A stretch of 64,000 bases of DNA from Candidatus Saccharibacteria bacterium UBA5145 (GTDB lineage Bacteria; Patescibacteriota; Saccharimonadia; Saccharimonadales; UBA4665). Location of the stretch: the NCBI GenBank assembly GCA_002413865.1, contig DHXX01000012.1:20241-84240 (forward strand), written 5' to 3'. A program made the translations under genes and the position numbers. Of the stretch, positions 19,284 to 27,868 are shown in pieces (position 1 is the stretch's first letter; every line of letters begins with the position of its first letter). A model generated the notes under the pieces. That model saw only the letters and a program-made list of their open reading frames with translations. It made no database searches and was not told the origin of the DNA.

Positions 19284-20375
19284 CTAGCCTTTAAGGGGCA
19301 TGATGACGTGGCGGTAGTCATCGCTCGCCGGGTCACGTAACAGGGTTGGCTCGAGCTTGCCGTTAAAGCCGAAGCTGACTGTATCGCCCGATAGGGCGTT
19401 GAGGGCATCGAGTAAATAACGAGAGTTGAGAGTAATACTGCCGCTACCGGTCACTTTGGCTTCAGCCGTGGCGGTGTTTTCGCCGAGTTGCGAGGCGACC
19501 GAACGAATGCTCAGGCTGCCTGAGTCCTCGTCGACTTCAATCGTCACGCTGCCGGCACTTTCGCGCGCAAACAAGCTAGAGACCTTCGTGACGTTCACAA
19601 AGTCGCTGCGCTTGAGGGTGGCTTCAGACGTAAAGCCGCTCGGAATCAATTTTTGGTAATCGGGGTAGTTGCCGTCGACTAAGCGGGTGACGAGTTCGAC
19701 GTCGCCGACTCGGAACAGCACTTGCTGTTCGTCGTGCGTCACCGAGACGTCGTCGCCACCGTCGCCCAAAATGCGCAACAGGTCGTGCAGGGAAGACGCC
19801 GGGATAAGCAACCGAATAGCTTCTTTGTTGGTGCCCAAGCTCTTTTCGGCCAGGCGGTAACTGTCGGTCGCGGCAATCACCAGCTTATTGTCGATCGTAT
19901 GGAATAGCACCCCTGTTAAGACCGGGCGGGTTTCATCGCTCGAAGCCGCAAAGACGACTTGTTGGAGGCCTTTTTTGAGCAGCGCGCCGTTGACGGTCCA
20001 GGCTTTTCCGCCCGTAATGGCCGGCATGACGGGGAAGTCGTCGGCTACGATGCCGTTGACTACTGAACGGTATTGGTCGGTTGTGACGCGGAGTTTGGTT
20101 TCTTCTAATTCCAGGTTGATAACGCTGCTCGGTAGGCTATTAACGAAGTCTTGCATTAAGCGGGCCGGGACGGTGATCGAGCCTTCGGTGCTAACTTTGG
20201 CGCCAATATAGTGGGTAATGGCGATATCGAGGTTGGTCGCCGATAGGCTCAAGCGATTACTACTTGTTTTGACAAGTACGTTAGCTAGTATTGGTAGTGT
20301 GTTTCGACTATTAGCAACTCGTGCGACTGAACCTAGAGCACGGTTGAGGTTTTCCTGGGTGACTTGCAATTTCAT
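19284..20375 (-). CDS. dnaN: DNA polymerase III beta sliding clamp
   Basis: LPILANVL, ATNLD, RPVLTGV, ATDSYRL, YPDYQ, VIMP. Confidence 0.97.
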   Translation of the reverse strand: MKLQVTQENLNRALGSVARVANSRNTLPILANVLVKTSSNRLSLSATNLDIAITHYIGAKVSTEGSITVPARLMQDFVNSLPSSVINLELEETKLRVTTDQYRSVVNGIVADDFPVMPAITGGKAWTVNGALLKKGLQQVVFAASSDETRPVLTGVLFHTIDNKLVIAATDSYRLAEKSLGTNKEAIRLLIPASSLHDLLRILGDGGDDVSVTHDEQQVLFRVGDVELVTRLVDGNYPDYQKLIPSGFTSEATLKRSDFVNVTKVSSLFARESAGSVTIEVDEDSGSLSIRSVASQLGENTATAEAKVTGSGSITLNSRYLLDALNALSGDTVSFGFNGKLEPTLLRDPASDDYRHVIMPLKG

Positions 20376-20379
20376 ACGG

Positions 20380-20660
20380 GGCTCCTGACGGGTATTAGTA
20401 ATAAGTAGCTTTTTAAATAATTTACTTTGTTATTGTTTTTATTGGCGGTGTGGATAATAGGGATAAGTAGTTGATTAACAGCGGTCAAATAGCTTAAAAT
20501 GCTGGGCACAACTAGGTGGTTAAAACGGGGCTTGGCTGCGCATAAAGCATAGTATTTGTACTCAGCCCACGAACAGCCCCTTCGACTACCTGCGCATAAG
20601 CCCAGGTTATATGCACCGTGAACCAATCCTGTGTACACATGTTGTACCCAGGCGGTGCAC
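20380..20660. other. oriC: Putative oriC unwinding part (dnaA-dnaN intergenic)
   Basis: Perfect DnaA box TGTGGATAA at 20449-20457 in tandem with degenerate TAGGGATAA, GC spacer, then AT-rich tract toward dnaN; degenerate boxes TGCGCATAA near 20538 and 20591. Confidence 0.8.
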
Positions 20661-20662
20661 AG

Positions 20663-20900
20663 GTAGTAGGAACTAGAAACTAGGAAATGGGAAGTAGAAA
20701 CTAGCGATTTAGTGTCACTTTTGCTCATTGTTTCGCCTTCCTTTGCCACGGCGTTCACTAACTTAAAGCTATCTTGCAGTCCAGGCACGAAGCCTCGAGA
20801 CGACCTCGCAGTATGCCAGAAATTAGTTAAATTTAAATTAACTAACGCAAAACCGCCCGGCAGCCAACTAATTCCTAATTCCTGCTTCCTATTTCCTACC
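20663..20900. repeat. Family D 7-mer (TAGGAAA-type) inverted arrays enclosing a ~160 bp degenerate coding-like relic
   Basis: GTAGGAACTAGAAACTAGGAAATGGGAAGTAGAAACTAG ... CTAATTCCTAATTCCTGCTTCCTATTTCCTAC. Confidence 0.8.
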
Positions 20901-22283
20901 TTAGGCATAGAGCCGCTCTTTAATCTCTGATAGCGTGTGGCGCAACCCAGCGTCTTCGCGCGATTCTTTCTCGATTTTTTCGACCGAGTGGATAGCGGTG
21001 GTGTGGTCTTTGCGCCCCAGTTCGCGGGCAATCTTCGGGAAACTCAAATGCAACTCGCTGCGCAGCATATACATGGCAATTTGACGGGGGACGACGATGT
21101 CTTTGTCGCGTTTCGGACCCATGATTTCTTCCATCGGGATTTGGAAGTGGCGGGCGGTCCGTTCGATGATTTGTTTGGCGCTCAAATGCTTGGGCCGCGT
21201 CTTGCTGACGCCGAGCAGGCTGCTGACGATTTCGAGTGACGGCTCAAGGGCGCGCATTTCACAAAAGGCCAGCAGTTGGTTGAGGGCGCCTTCGAGTTCG
21301 CGGATGTTGGTTTGGACGTTGGTGGCAAGGTACTCGACGACGTCGGTCGGCAAGACCATATCGTGTTCTTGGGCTTTGGTCTGGACGATGGCACAGCGCG
21401 TTTCGAAGTCGGGGTTTTGCATATCGATGCTCATGCCCCAGGCAAAGCGGCTGCGTAAACGCTCCTCGAGGGTGGCGATTTCTTTGGGTGGCTTGTCGGA
21501 ACTGATGATGATCTGGCGATTACCTTGGTGGAGGGCGTTAAAGGTGTGGAAGAATTCTTCTTGCATCTTTTCTTTGCCGGCGATGAACTGGATGTCGTCG
21601 ACGATAAGTACGTCGGCCGTCCGGTAGTAACTGGCAAAATCGGCCGTTTTGCGGAAGCGCAGGGCGTCGACGAACTCCTGCACGAATTGCTCGGTCGAGA
21701 TGTAGAGGACTTTGGCGGCCGGGTTTTGCTTAGAGATGGCGTTGCCGACGGCCTGAATTAGGTGGGTTTTGCCGATACCGACGCCGCCGTACAAAAAGAG
21801 CGGGTTGTACTTGTTGCCTGGCAGCTGGGCGATCGACTGGCAAGCGGCGAAGGCCAGTTCGTTACCGGCCCCGACGATAAAGTTGTCGAAGGTGTAGCGT
21901 TCGTTGATGCCTTGGCGGTAGGAGTGGCTGAAACTGTTGTTGGTGCTGGCCCGAACGGCGCCCGAGCCGGCCGGCTCCTGGTTGGTGGTGGTGACGAAGA
22001 TCGGCTCGTCGAACTGCGGCGCGCGAGTCGTCGTTGAGAGCGGTGAGATTTTATATTCGATGGTAATGGGGTTGAGGCCGTTTTTGGCCAGGGTTACCGA
22101 GATCAGGTCGTTGTACTTGCGCTCCAGCTGCTGCTTGATAAAGACGTTGGGCACCCCAACGGTGACGGTCGTGTCGTCGTGGCTTAGCAGTTGGGTGCTT
22201 TTGAACCATGTCAAAAAATTGCCGCGCGACACCGAGAGCTCAATCTCTCCTAATACTGCCTGCCACAAACTGTCCTTTTGCAT
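20901..22283 (-). CDS. dnaA: Chromosomal replication initiator DnaA
   Basis: YTFDNF, YNPLFLYGGVGIGKTHL, DDIQF, NIRELEGAL, RQIAMY, KDHTT. Confidence 0.98.
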   Translation of the reverse strand: MQKDSLWQAVLGEIELSVSRGNFLTWFKSTQLLSHDDTTVTVGVPNVFIKQQLERKYNDLISVTLAKNGLNPITIEYKISPLSTTTRAPQFDEPIFVTTTNQEPAGSGAVRASTNNSFSHSYRQGINERYTFDNFIVGAGNELAFAACQSIAQLPGNKYNPLFLYGGVGIGKTHLIQAVGNAISKQNPAAKVLYISTEQFVQEFVDALRFRKTADFASYYRTADVLIVDDIQFIAGKEKMQEEFFHTFNALHQGNRQIIISSDKPPKEIATLEERLRSRFAWGMSIDMQNPDFETRCAIVQTKAQEHDMVLPTDVVEYLATNVQTNIRELEGALNQLLAFCEMRALEPSLEIVSSLLGVSKTRPKHLSAKQIIERTARHFQIPMEEIMGPKRDKDIVVPRQIAMYMLRSELHLSFPKIARELGRKDHTTAIHSVEKIEKESREDAGLRHTLSEIKERLYA

Positions 22284-22319
22284 CCCGCTCCTTAATGTCT
22301 AACCTAAATATACACCAGC

Positions 22320-22470
22320 CGGGGTAAAGTTTTCCACACCTTTTGTAAAAAGTGTCGGCCGGACCCGCTAAAACACACAATAAGAAGTAATCTTATGCAC
22401 AGCCGCTCGCCCCATCTAGTAATCTGTGGAAAGAATTTGGCGGATGGTGGAAAACTTGGTATTATACGAG
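22320..22470. promoter_or_regulatory. DnaA-box cluster in the dnaA-rpmH intergenic region
   Basis: TTTTCCACA near 22330, TTATGCACA near 22393, TGTGGAAAG near 22424, GGTGGAAAA near 22447. Confidence 0.65.
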
Positions 22471-22580
22471 GGTTAAATATTGTCAATTCTACGTATGCAA
22501 GCATCAAAAAACATGCTAGACGGGCAATCTTCTCAGTAGTGGGATTTCATCAAATAAACGAAGTGACGTAAGATAGACCT

Positions 22581-22718
22581 ATGCCTAAAAGAACATTCCA
22601 ACCAAAGAAACGTAGTCGCTCCCGTGAGCACGGCTTTATGAAGCGCATGGCCACCAAAGCCGGTAAGCTCGTTTTGAACCGCCGCCGCAACAAGGGCCGC
22701 GCCCGTTTAACTCATTAG
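22581..22718 (+). CDS. rpmH: 50S ribosomal protein L34 (not in ORF track)
   Basis: Translates [45 protein letters not shown]. Confidence 0.97.
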   Translation: MPKRTFQPKKRSRSREHGFMKRMATKAGKLVLNRRRNKGRARLTH

Positions 22719-22719
22719 T

Positions 22720-22802
22720 AAAAAGTTATAAAGTTCATAAAGTTGAAAGTTAGCTCGGACTGCAGCCAACTTTTAACTTTATACTTTATGAACTTTATAA
22801 CT
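22720..22802. repeat. Family C periodic inverted repeat
   Basis: AAAGTTATAAAGTTCATAAAGTTGAAAGTT ... AACTTTATACTTTATGAACTTTATAACT. Confidence 0.88.
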
Positions 22803-22813
22803 CCCGTAGGGAA

Positions 22814-23176
22814 GTGATGATTACAAGGTCGCACCGCTTTCATGGAAACAACAGCCTGCGGGCTGTCTATCGTCGTGCCCAAACACAGCGTGGGACGCTC
22901 GTCAGCCTCAAAACAGTCGCCAATAAGCGCCCCGGAGGCTACCGCGCCGCCGTGGTCGTCAGCCGCAAAGTCAGCAAGTCGGCCGTCGTGCGCAACCGGA
23001 TCCGCCGCCGGATTTACGAAATTATTCGCTCGCACGCAGCTCAGCTCAGCGCCAGTGACCTCGTCCTAACGGTGTTTGGCGAAGAACTAGCGACGCTGCC
23101 CCACGCCCAACTGGAAGCCACCATCATCGACCTCCTAACCAAAGCCGGCGTCCTCAACTCTACCAGAAAGTTATAA
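22814..23176 (+). CDS. rnpA: Ribonuclease P protein component
   Basis: VVVSRKVSKSAVVRNRIRRRIYE (RNR motif); follows rpmH. Confidence 0.95.
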   Translation: MMITRSHRFHGNNSLRAVYRRAQTQRGTLVSLKTVANKRPGGYRAAVVVSRKVSKSAVVRNRIRRRIYEIIRSHAAQLSASDLVLTVFGEELATLPHAQLEATIIDLLTKAGVLNSTRKL

Positions 23177-23397
23177 AGTTCATAAAGTTGAAAGTCAGCT
23201 CGGGCCGCTCAGCCGCCCAGGCCCGCCACCACAACACCGTCATTCTGAGCGATAGCGAAGAATCTGAGCTAAGGGTTCTTCGGGGTGAGATCCTTCGCCT
23301 GCGCTCAGGATGACGCCAGGGCGGTAAAGTGAGCTTAAATGGCGAATAGAAATTTGCTAATAATTGCCAAACCAGTAAATGCTGTCTGTGAAATTGT
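23166..23397. repeat. Composite repeat block (family C half, family B pair at 23239-23314, family E half)
   Basis: AAAGTTATAAAGTTCATAAAGTTGAAAG; GTCATTCTGAGCGATAGCGAAGAATCT...AGATCCTTCGCCTGCGCTCAGGATGAC; AAATGCTGTCTGTGAAATTG. Confidence 0.85.
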
Positions 23398-23455
23398 CGC
23401 CCATACCTGTTATAGTAGAGCCTAACGAGAACCCAAAGAGGAGCCAGATAAGACA

Positions 23456-24400
23456 ATGTTTACGACCTTTATAGTCCAGCCAATCTTTAACCTGTTAGTG
23501 TTCATTTATGCCCTTTTGCCGGGTCACAACTTCGGTCTGGCGCTGATTATCTTTACCATCATTATCCGCCTGTTGCTGTGGCCGCTGGTGCGCAAGCAGC
23601 TCCACCAGGCCAAAGCCATGCGCCAGCTCCAGCCCGAGATCAAGAAGATCAAGCTCGCCACCAAAGGCAACCGCACCAAAGAGTCGGCCATGATGATGGA
23701 GCTCTACAAAGAGAAGGGCATCAACCCCCTCGGCACCTTCCCGACGCTGATCGTCCAGATGATCGTCCTGCTCGGCCTCTACAGCGGCCTGCGCAAGGTG
23801 ATCGCCGACCCGCACACTTTCGTGTCCTTTGCTTACCCGGCCCTGCAGCACCTGCCGTGGATTCAGCACCTAGCCGGCAACATCAAGGCCTTCGACAGCT
23901 CACTGTTCGGTGTCGTCGATCTGAGCCGCCCCGCCATCAAGGCCGGCAGCGGCCTCTACCTGCCGGCCTTGATCATCGTCCTCGGTAGCGCCATCGCCCA
24001 GTACTTCCAAAGCAAGCAGCTGATGCCGACCAGCAAAGACCAGCGCGGTCTGCGCGCCATCTTGCGCGACGCCGGCAACGGCAAACAAGCCGATCAGTCA
24101 GAGGTCACCGGTGCGGTCGGCCAGAGCACGATCGTCCTGCTCCCGGTCATGGTCTTCTTCTTTACGGTCAACTTGCCAGCCGCCCTCAGCTTGTATTGGT
24201 TGACCGGTGGAATCGTGGCTTATATTCAGCAGAGTATCGTCCTGAACAAGGACGAAGGCGAGATGGAGAGTATCGCCGATGAACCAACCAAGAAGGACCT
24301 CGGTAGCATCCCCGAAGCCGAAGTCGTGGCCGACGCCCCAAAAAAGGTCATTAACCCCGGCAAAAAGTCCAAAAAACATAAGGCGAGGAGACAGCGATGA
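23456..24400 (+). CDS. yidC: Membrane protein insertase YidC/Oxa1
   Basis: FGLALIIFTIIIRLLLWPL...LQPEIKKI...ELYKEKGINP, PAALSLYW. Confidence 0.95.
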   Translation: MFTTFIVQPIFNLLVFIYALLPGHNFGLALIIFTIIIRLLLWPLVRKQLHQAKAMRQLQPEIKKIKLATKGNRTKESAMMMELYKEKGINPLGTFPTLIVQMIVLLGLYSGLRKVIADPHTFVSFAYPALQHLPWIQHLAGNIKAFDSSLFGVVDLSRPAIKAGSGLYLPALIIVLGSAIAQYFQSKQLMPTSKDQRGLRAILRDAGNGKQADQSEVTGAVGQSTIVLLPVMVFFFTVNLPAALSLYWLTGGIVAYIQQSIVLNKDEGEMESIADEPTKKDLGSIPEAEVVADAPKKVINPGKKSKKHKARRQR

Positions 24401-24867
24401 ACCCATCAATCGACGAAGCTACCCAGTTCTCTAAGAAGTTTCTAGAAGATTTGTTGACTTTCTTTGGCCTCAACACCGAAGTCGAAGCGACCGCCGACGG
24501 CGAAGTCATCCAGTTGAACGTCCCCAGCACCAGCCTGAACGGTTTTTTGATCGGCCAGCGCGGCGACAACATGCGCGCCTTGCAGTACCTGACCAGCACG
24601 GCCCTCAAAAACAATGATTTTGAACACGCTCGGGTCAACGTCGACGTCGCCGAGTATAAAAAGCAACGCGCCGACCGCCTGCGCGAAAAGGCCGTCGACT
24701 GGGTCAAGCAGGTCCAGACTAGCGGCGAACCGATGGCCCTCCAGCCGATGAACGCCGCCGACCGCCGCGTCATCCACCAGTTGGCCGTCGAGTACGACTT
24801 GGCCAGCGAGTCGGCCGGCGATGGCCGCGACCGTCACATCGTCCTCAAGCCCTCCAGCAGTGAATAG
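24397..24867 (+). CDS. jag: Jag/KhpB-like RNA-binding protein (KH plus R3H, no Jag_N domain)
   Basis: LIGQRG...ALQYL, LQPMNAADRRVIH...SESAGDGRDRH. Confidence 0.9.
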   Translation: MNPSIDEATQFSKKFLEDLLTFFGLNTEVEATADGEVIQLNVPSTSLNGFLIGQRGDNMRALQYLTSTALKNNDFEHARVNVDVAEYKKQRADRLREKAVDWVKQVQTSGEPMALQPMNAADRRVIHQLAVEYDLASESAGDGRDRHIVLKPSSSE

Positions 24868-24940
24868 TAATCAGTAATTAGGAAGTAGGGGAGCTACCGT
24901 AGCTCAATCTATTTCCTATTTCCTAATTACTATTTACTAC
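24865..24940. repeat. Family D periodic hairpin
   Basis: AGTAATTAGGAAGTAGG-GAGCTACCGTAGCTC-CTATTTCCTATTTCCTAATTACT. Confidence 0.75.
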
Positions 24941-24949
24941 ATCACGCAA

Positions 24950-24978
24950 TTGACAATAAAGCATAACCATGATAGTCT
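24950..24978 (+). promoter_or_regulatory. Sigma70-type promoter
   Basis: TTGACA, 17 nt spacer, TAGTCT preceded by TG. Confidence 0.7.
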
Positions 24979-25033
24979 ATGGTTAAGTTAAGGCACTTTA
25001 AGCCGGTACTAAAACAAAAAGGAATCAATCATC

Positions 25034-25297
25034 ATGAATAATCAATCAATCTCCGAACTCGGCCTCGTAACTCGCGGCGAGCGAATTCCCGAAGCAGAAT
25101 ATCAGCAGTTCCCCCGCACCCCCGATGACGCTAAGGCCGCGGTGCAAACCGAGATGAGCGGCAAATGGGATTCCCACGAACAAGCCCTGACTTTGCCACC
25201 TGTGGTCACAGAAATAGGTATCAAAGCCGTCGAAACAGAGGCCGTCGTGATCCCCGTGACCATTAATAACAGCGCTGATATCGAAGGCGCTCTCTAA
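25034..25297 (+). CDS. Small acidic hypothetical protein, paralogue A
   Basis: AAGGA SD-like leader; shares RT..DA.AA...GKWD and IE..L end with next ORF. Confidence 0.7.
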   Translation: MNNQSISELGLVTRGERIPEAEYQQFPRTPDDAKAAVQTEMSGKWDSHEQALTLPPVVTEIGIKAVETEAVVIPVTINNSADIEGAL

Positions 25298-25372
25298 GCC
25301 CGGTTTAACCAAGCTCCGTTATCTCGTCTCAATGCCCAACGCTCCCCAAAAAAACAAAAAGGAATCAACGAA

Positions 25373-25642
25373 ATGAAACACCAATCACCCCAATCACACG
25401 AATCGTACCATTCAAACTACGGATTAAAGCACGAAATGTGGGAACGCACCGGAGCCGACGCGCTCGCCGCCTTCAAAGACAACAAAGCCGCCGAGGAAGG
25501 TAAATGGGACGGTGAAGCTCGACCTGGGGGCGACTTTGAAGAAAAGGTTCGAGAGATACCCACCCAGGCCGTCATGGACATGGTAGAAATGTTTCCTCCG
25601 GCAGTCGCTTCCAAGACCACTGGAATCGAAAACACCCTCTAA
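25373..25642 (+). CDS. Small acidic hypothetical protein, paralogue B
   Basis: Same AAAACAAAAAGGAATCAA leader as paralogue A; shared motifs. Confidence 0.7.
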   Translation: MKHQSPQSHESYHSNYGLKHEMWERTGADALAAFKDNKAAEEGKWDGEARPGGDFEEKVREIPTQAVMDMVEMFPPAVASKTTGIENTL

Positions 25643-25694
25643 ACAGGGCCCAACCAACCTTAGCGGTTTAGTCGCATAACCGCTAACTGTAAGA

Positions 25695-25727
25695 TGCGCT
25701 CCTGGACCCAACCCGGAGCGCGTTTTT
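25695..25727 (+). terminator. Terminator-like hairpin
   Basis: GCGCTCC...GGAGCGC followed by GTTTTT. Confidence 0.55.
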
Positions 25728-25751
25728 CGTGGACCAATACTTTGCAGTCTC

Positions 25752-25880
25752 GTCATCCTGAACGCCCTTTGTCATCCTGAACGGAGTGAAGGATCTGAGC
25801 CCAACCAAATCAATGCTCAGATGCTTCGCTGATGCTCAGCATGACAAGCTAAAAGATGCTTCGCTGATGCTCAGCATGAC
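25752..25880. repeat. Family B cluster with duplicated right arm
   Basis: GTCATCCTGAACGGAGTGAAGGATCTGAGC...; AGATGCTTCGCTGATGCTCAGCATGAC twice. Confidence 0.85.
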
Positions 25881-25908
25881 GGGGTTCGCTGACGCTTAGC
25901 AGGATTAG

Positions 25909-27006
25909 TTATTTGTCGGTGAGGGCGGTTTTGTAGACGGCCAGGGTTTGCTCGGCCATACGTTTCCAGGAATAGGTGGCCGCTTGGGTGTGGCCGGCCG
26001 CGATTAGGCGGGCGCGCAGGTCTTTATCGGTTATGACTTCGTTGATGGCGTCGGCCATGGCTTGGACGTCGAGCGGGTCAAAGTAGTGGGCGGCGTCGCC
26101 GTAGACTTCGGGCAGGCAGGTGGCGTTGCTGCTAACGACGGGGGCGCCGTGTTGCATGGCTTCCAGCCCCGGCAGTCCAAAACCTTCGCTTAAACTGGGG
26201 AAGACATAGGCCGCGCAGTGCTCATACAGCCAGCGCAGCTCGCCCTCGCTCACAAAGTCGGTGAAGATGACGTTAGCGGTGCCCTTAGCAGCCACCAGCG
26301 CCGCTGTGCGCCGATAATTGGCGTCGGTTTTGCCGGCCAGCACCAGGTGGAGGGCAGGGTGGTTGGCGCGCAGTAAAGTAAAGGCTTCGATCAGGCGCTC
26401 GAGGTTCTTGTGCGGCGTCGGTCTACCCACGTACATAATAAATTGCTTATTTTGCAAACTGGGGAGGGCAGCGGGGGAGGCGACGATCGGGTCGGCCGCC
26501 TCTAAGGTGACGGTAATTTTGCCTGGGGAGACGCCCGCAAACTTGGCCAGGTCGGTTTTGACGAATTCGCTCGGCGTGATGACGGCCAGCGATTTACGCG
26601 CCGCCCGGCGGATAACTTCTTTGTAGATCGACTGTTTGAGCTTGAACACCACCTTGTTCTTAGCCGGATTGTCGAATCTAACAGTGGTCAGGTCGTGAAT
26701 CGTGGTGACGACGCGGCCGCGGTAGAAGACCGGCTGCTGGACCATGCCGAAGTGCACCAGGTCGGGTTTCAAGCGGTCGAGCTGGCGCTTCAAGCCGATT
26801 TGTTCGTCGAAGCTAAACTCGTCATGCGGGCACGCCACCACCTGCCAATGTTCGTTTTTTGTTCGCCAACCCGCCACGTCCTTCGTTCTGAGCAACACCA
26901 CGTAGTCGTTCTCGGTATCGACCTCCGGTAAATAATGCAACAGCCGCTCGATATACTTGCCGGTACTGGTCCGCAGTTCCCTCGCGTCAATCACGATTTT
27001 GCTCAT
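25909..27006 (-). CDS. GT4 glycosyltransferase (mannosyltransferase-like)
   Basis: TIHDL, YVGRPTPHKN, FPSLSEGFGLPGLEAM. Confidence 0.92.
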   Translation of the reverse strand: MSKIVIDARELRTSTGKYIERLLHYLPEVDTENDYVVLLRTKDVAGWRTKNEHWQVVACPHDEFSFDEQIGLKRQLDRLKPDLVHFGMVQQPVFYRGRVVTTIHDLTTVRFDNPAKNKVVFKLKQSIYKEVIRRAARKSLAVITPSEFVKTDLAKFAGVSPGKITVTLEAADPIVASPAALPSLQNKQFIMYVGRPTPHKNLERLIEAFTLLRANHPALHLVLAGKTDANYRRTAALVAAKGTANVIFTDFVSEGELRWLYEHCAAYVFPSLSEGFGLPGLEAMQHGAPVVSSNATCLPEVYGDAAHYFDPLDVQAMADAINEVITDKDLRARLIAAGHTQAATYSWKRMAEQTLAVYKTALTDK

Positions 27007-27220
27007 CAGGCTAGGTCTCCAACAGATATTTTAATTAGGGGCATGGCTTAACTATAGCAAAACCTAGTCAGCCGACACCCTACGAAGCCCTGAAATCTTT
27101 GAGAACTTCTCTTAGCGTTCGATGGCGTGACGGGTCTGAGAAGGGTTCTGATTTTATTAGTCGCTGAGACGGCATTGAGTGTACACTTGAGCTAATTACC
27201 TAAACATAAGGATTATTCTA

Positions 27221-27808
27221 ATGAGCAAATTCCGCCAAAACCAAACCGGCAGTGTCGTGATCGTAGTGCTAGCTTTAGTTATCGTGGCCCTGACCGGTGC
27301 CGTGGGCTACTTGGTATACCAAAACCAACACAAGGCAGCGCAAGCTTCGACTCCAACAACCGCCGCCGTTCCTAAAACGACGACCACACCAACCGCACCA
27401 ACCAAAACCACCCCTAGCCCAACCACCTTTAAGGTACCAGAATTAGGGATACAGCTCCTGAACGTTCCGACGACTATTAATGATTTGAACTATGCCGTTA
27501 CAATCAACAGCTCAACCTTATCGAGTGCACTATTTTCGACGATTAGCCTCAGTAACCTAGACAAAGGATGCTCGCCGACCGGGATTGTTTCTAACGGCGC
27601 GCTAGGAAGAAACAAAGGAACTTTTGATGTCAACAACGACGGTCTCTTCACGACTTTTGTTAAGCAGTTCCCCGGCTTCTGGATTTCCTACGAACACCCA
27701 CAAGCGGCCTGTTCGGACAACCCCGCAGCTGAAACGTTGCACGCTTCACAAACAACCATCTTCCAGAAATTGGTCATGAACCCCGCCAACATCGAAGCCA
27801 TCCAGTAG
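27221..27808 (+). CDS. Membrane-anchored surface protein with prepilin-like leader and Thr/Pro linker
   Basis: MSKFRQNQTG then hydrophobic helix, TP-rich stalk, Cys pair in C-terminal domain. Confidence 0.65.
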   Translation: MSKFRQNQTGSVVIVVLALVIVALTGAVGYLVYQNQHKAAQASTPTTAAVPKTTTTPTAPTKTTPSPTTFKVPELGIQLLNVPTTINDLNYAVTINSSTLSSALFSTISLSNLDKGCSPTGIVSNGALGRNKGTFDVNNDGLFTTFVKQFPGFWISYEHPQAACSDNPAAETLHASQTTIFQKLVMNPANIEAIQ

Positions 27809-27868
27809 TCAGCCGCCAGTCACATACAACGGTTTTTGTTTCCAGTAACAACGCAGTCCTTATGCGGT

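Noticed and set aside
20372..21031. 219 aa ORF bridging dnaA and dnaN
   Set aside because: Runs across DnaA boxes and heptamer arrays; only a short central piece looks like a relic, reported as a finding
22715..23456. Minus-strand ORFs both ending ELTFNFMNFITF
   Set aside because: Similarity is only translation of the family C repeat
27075..27155. Imperfect hairpin between GT4 and the surface protein as ncRNA
   Set aside because: Single copy, weak pairing, no recognisable family
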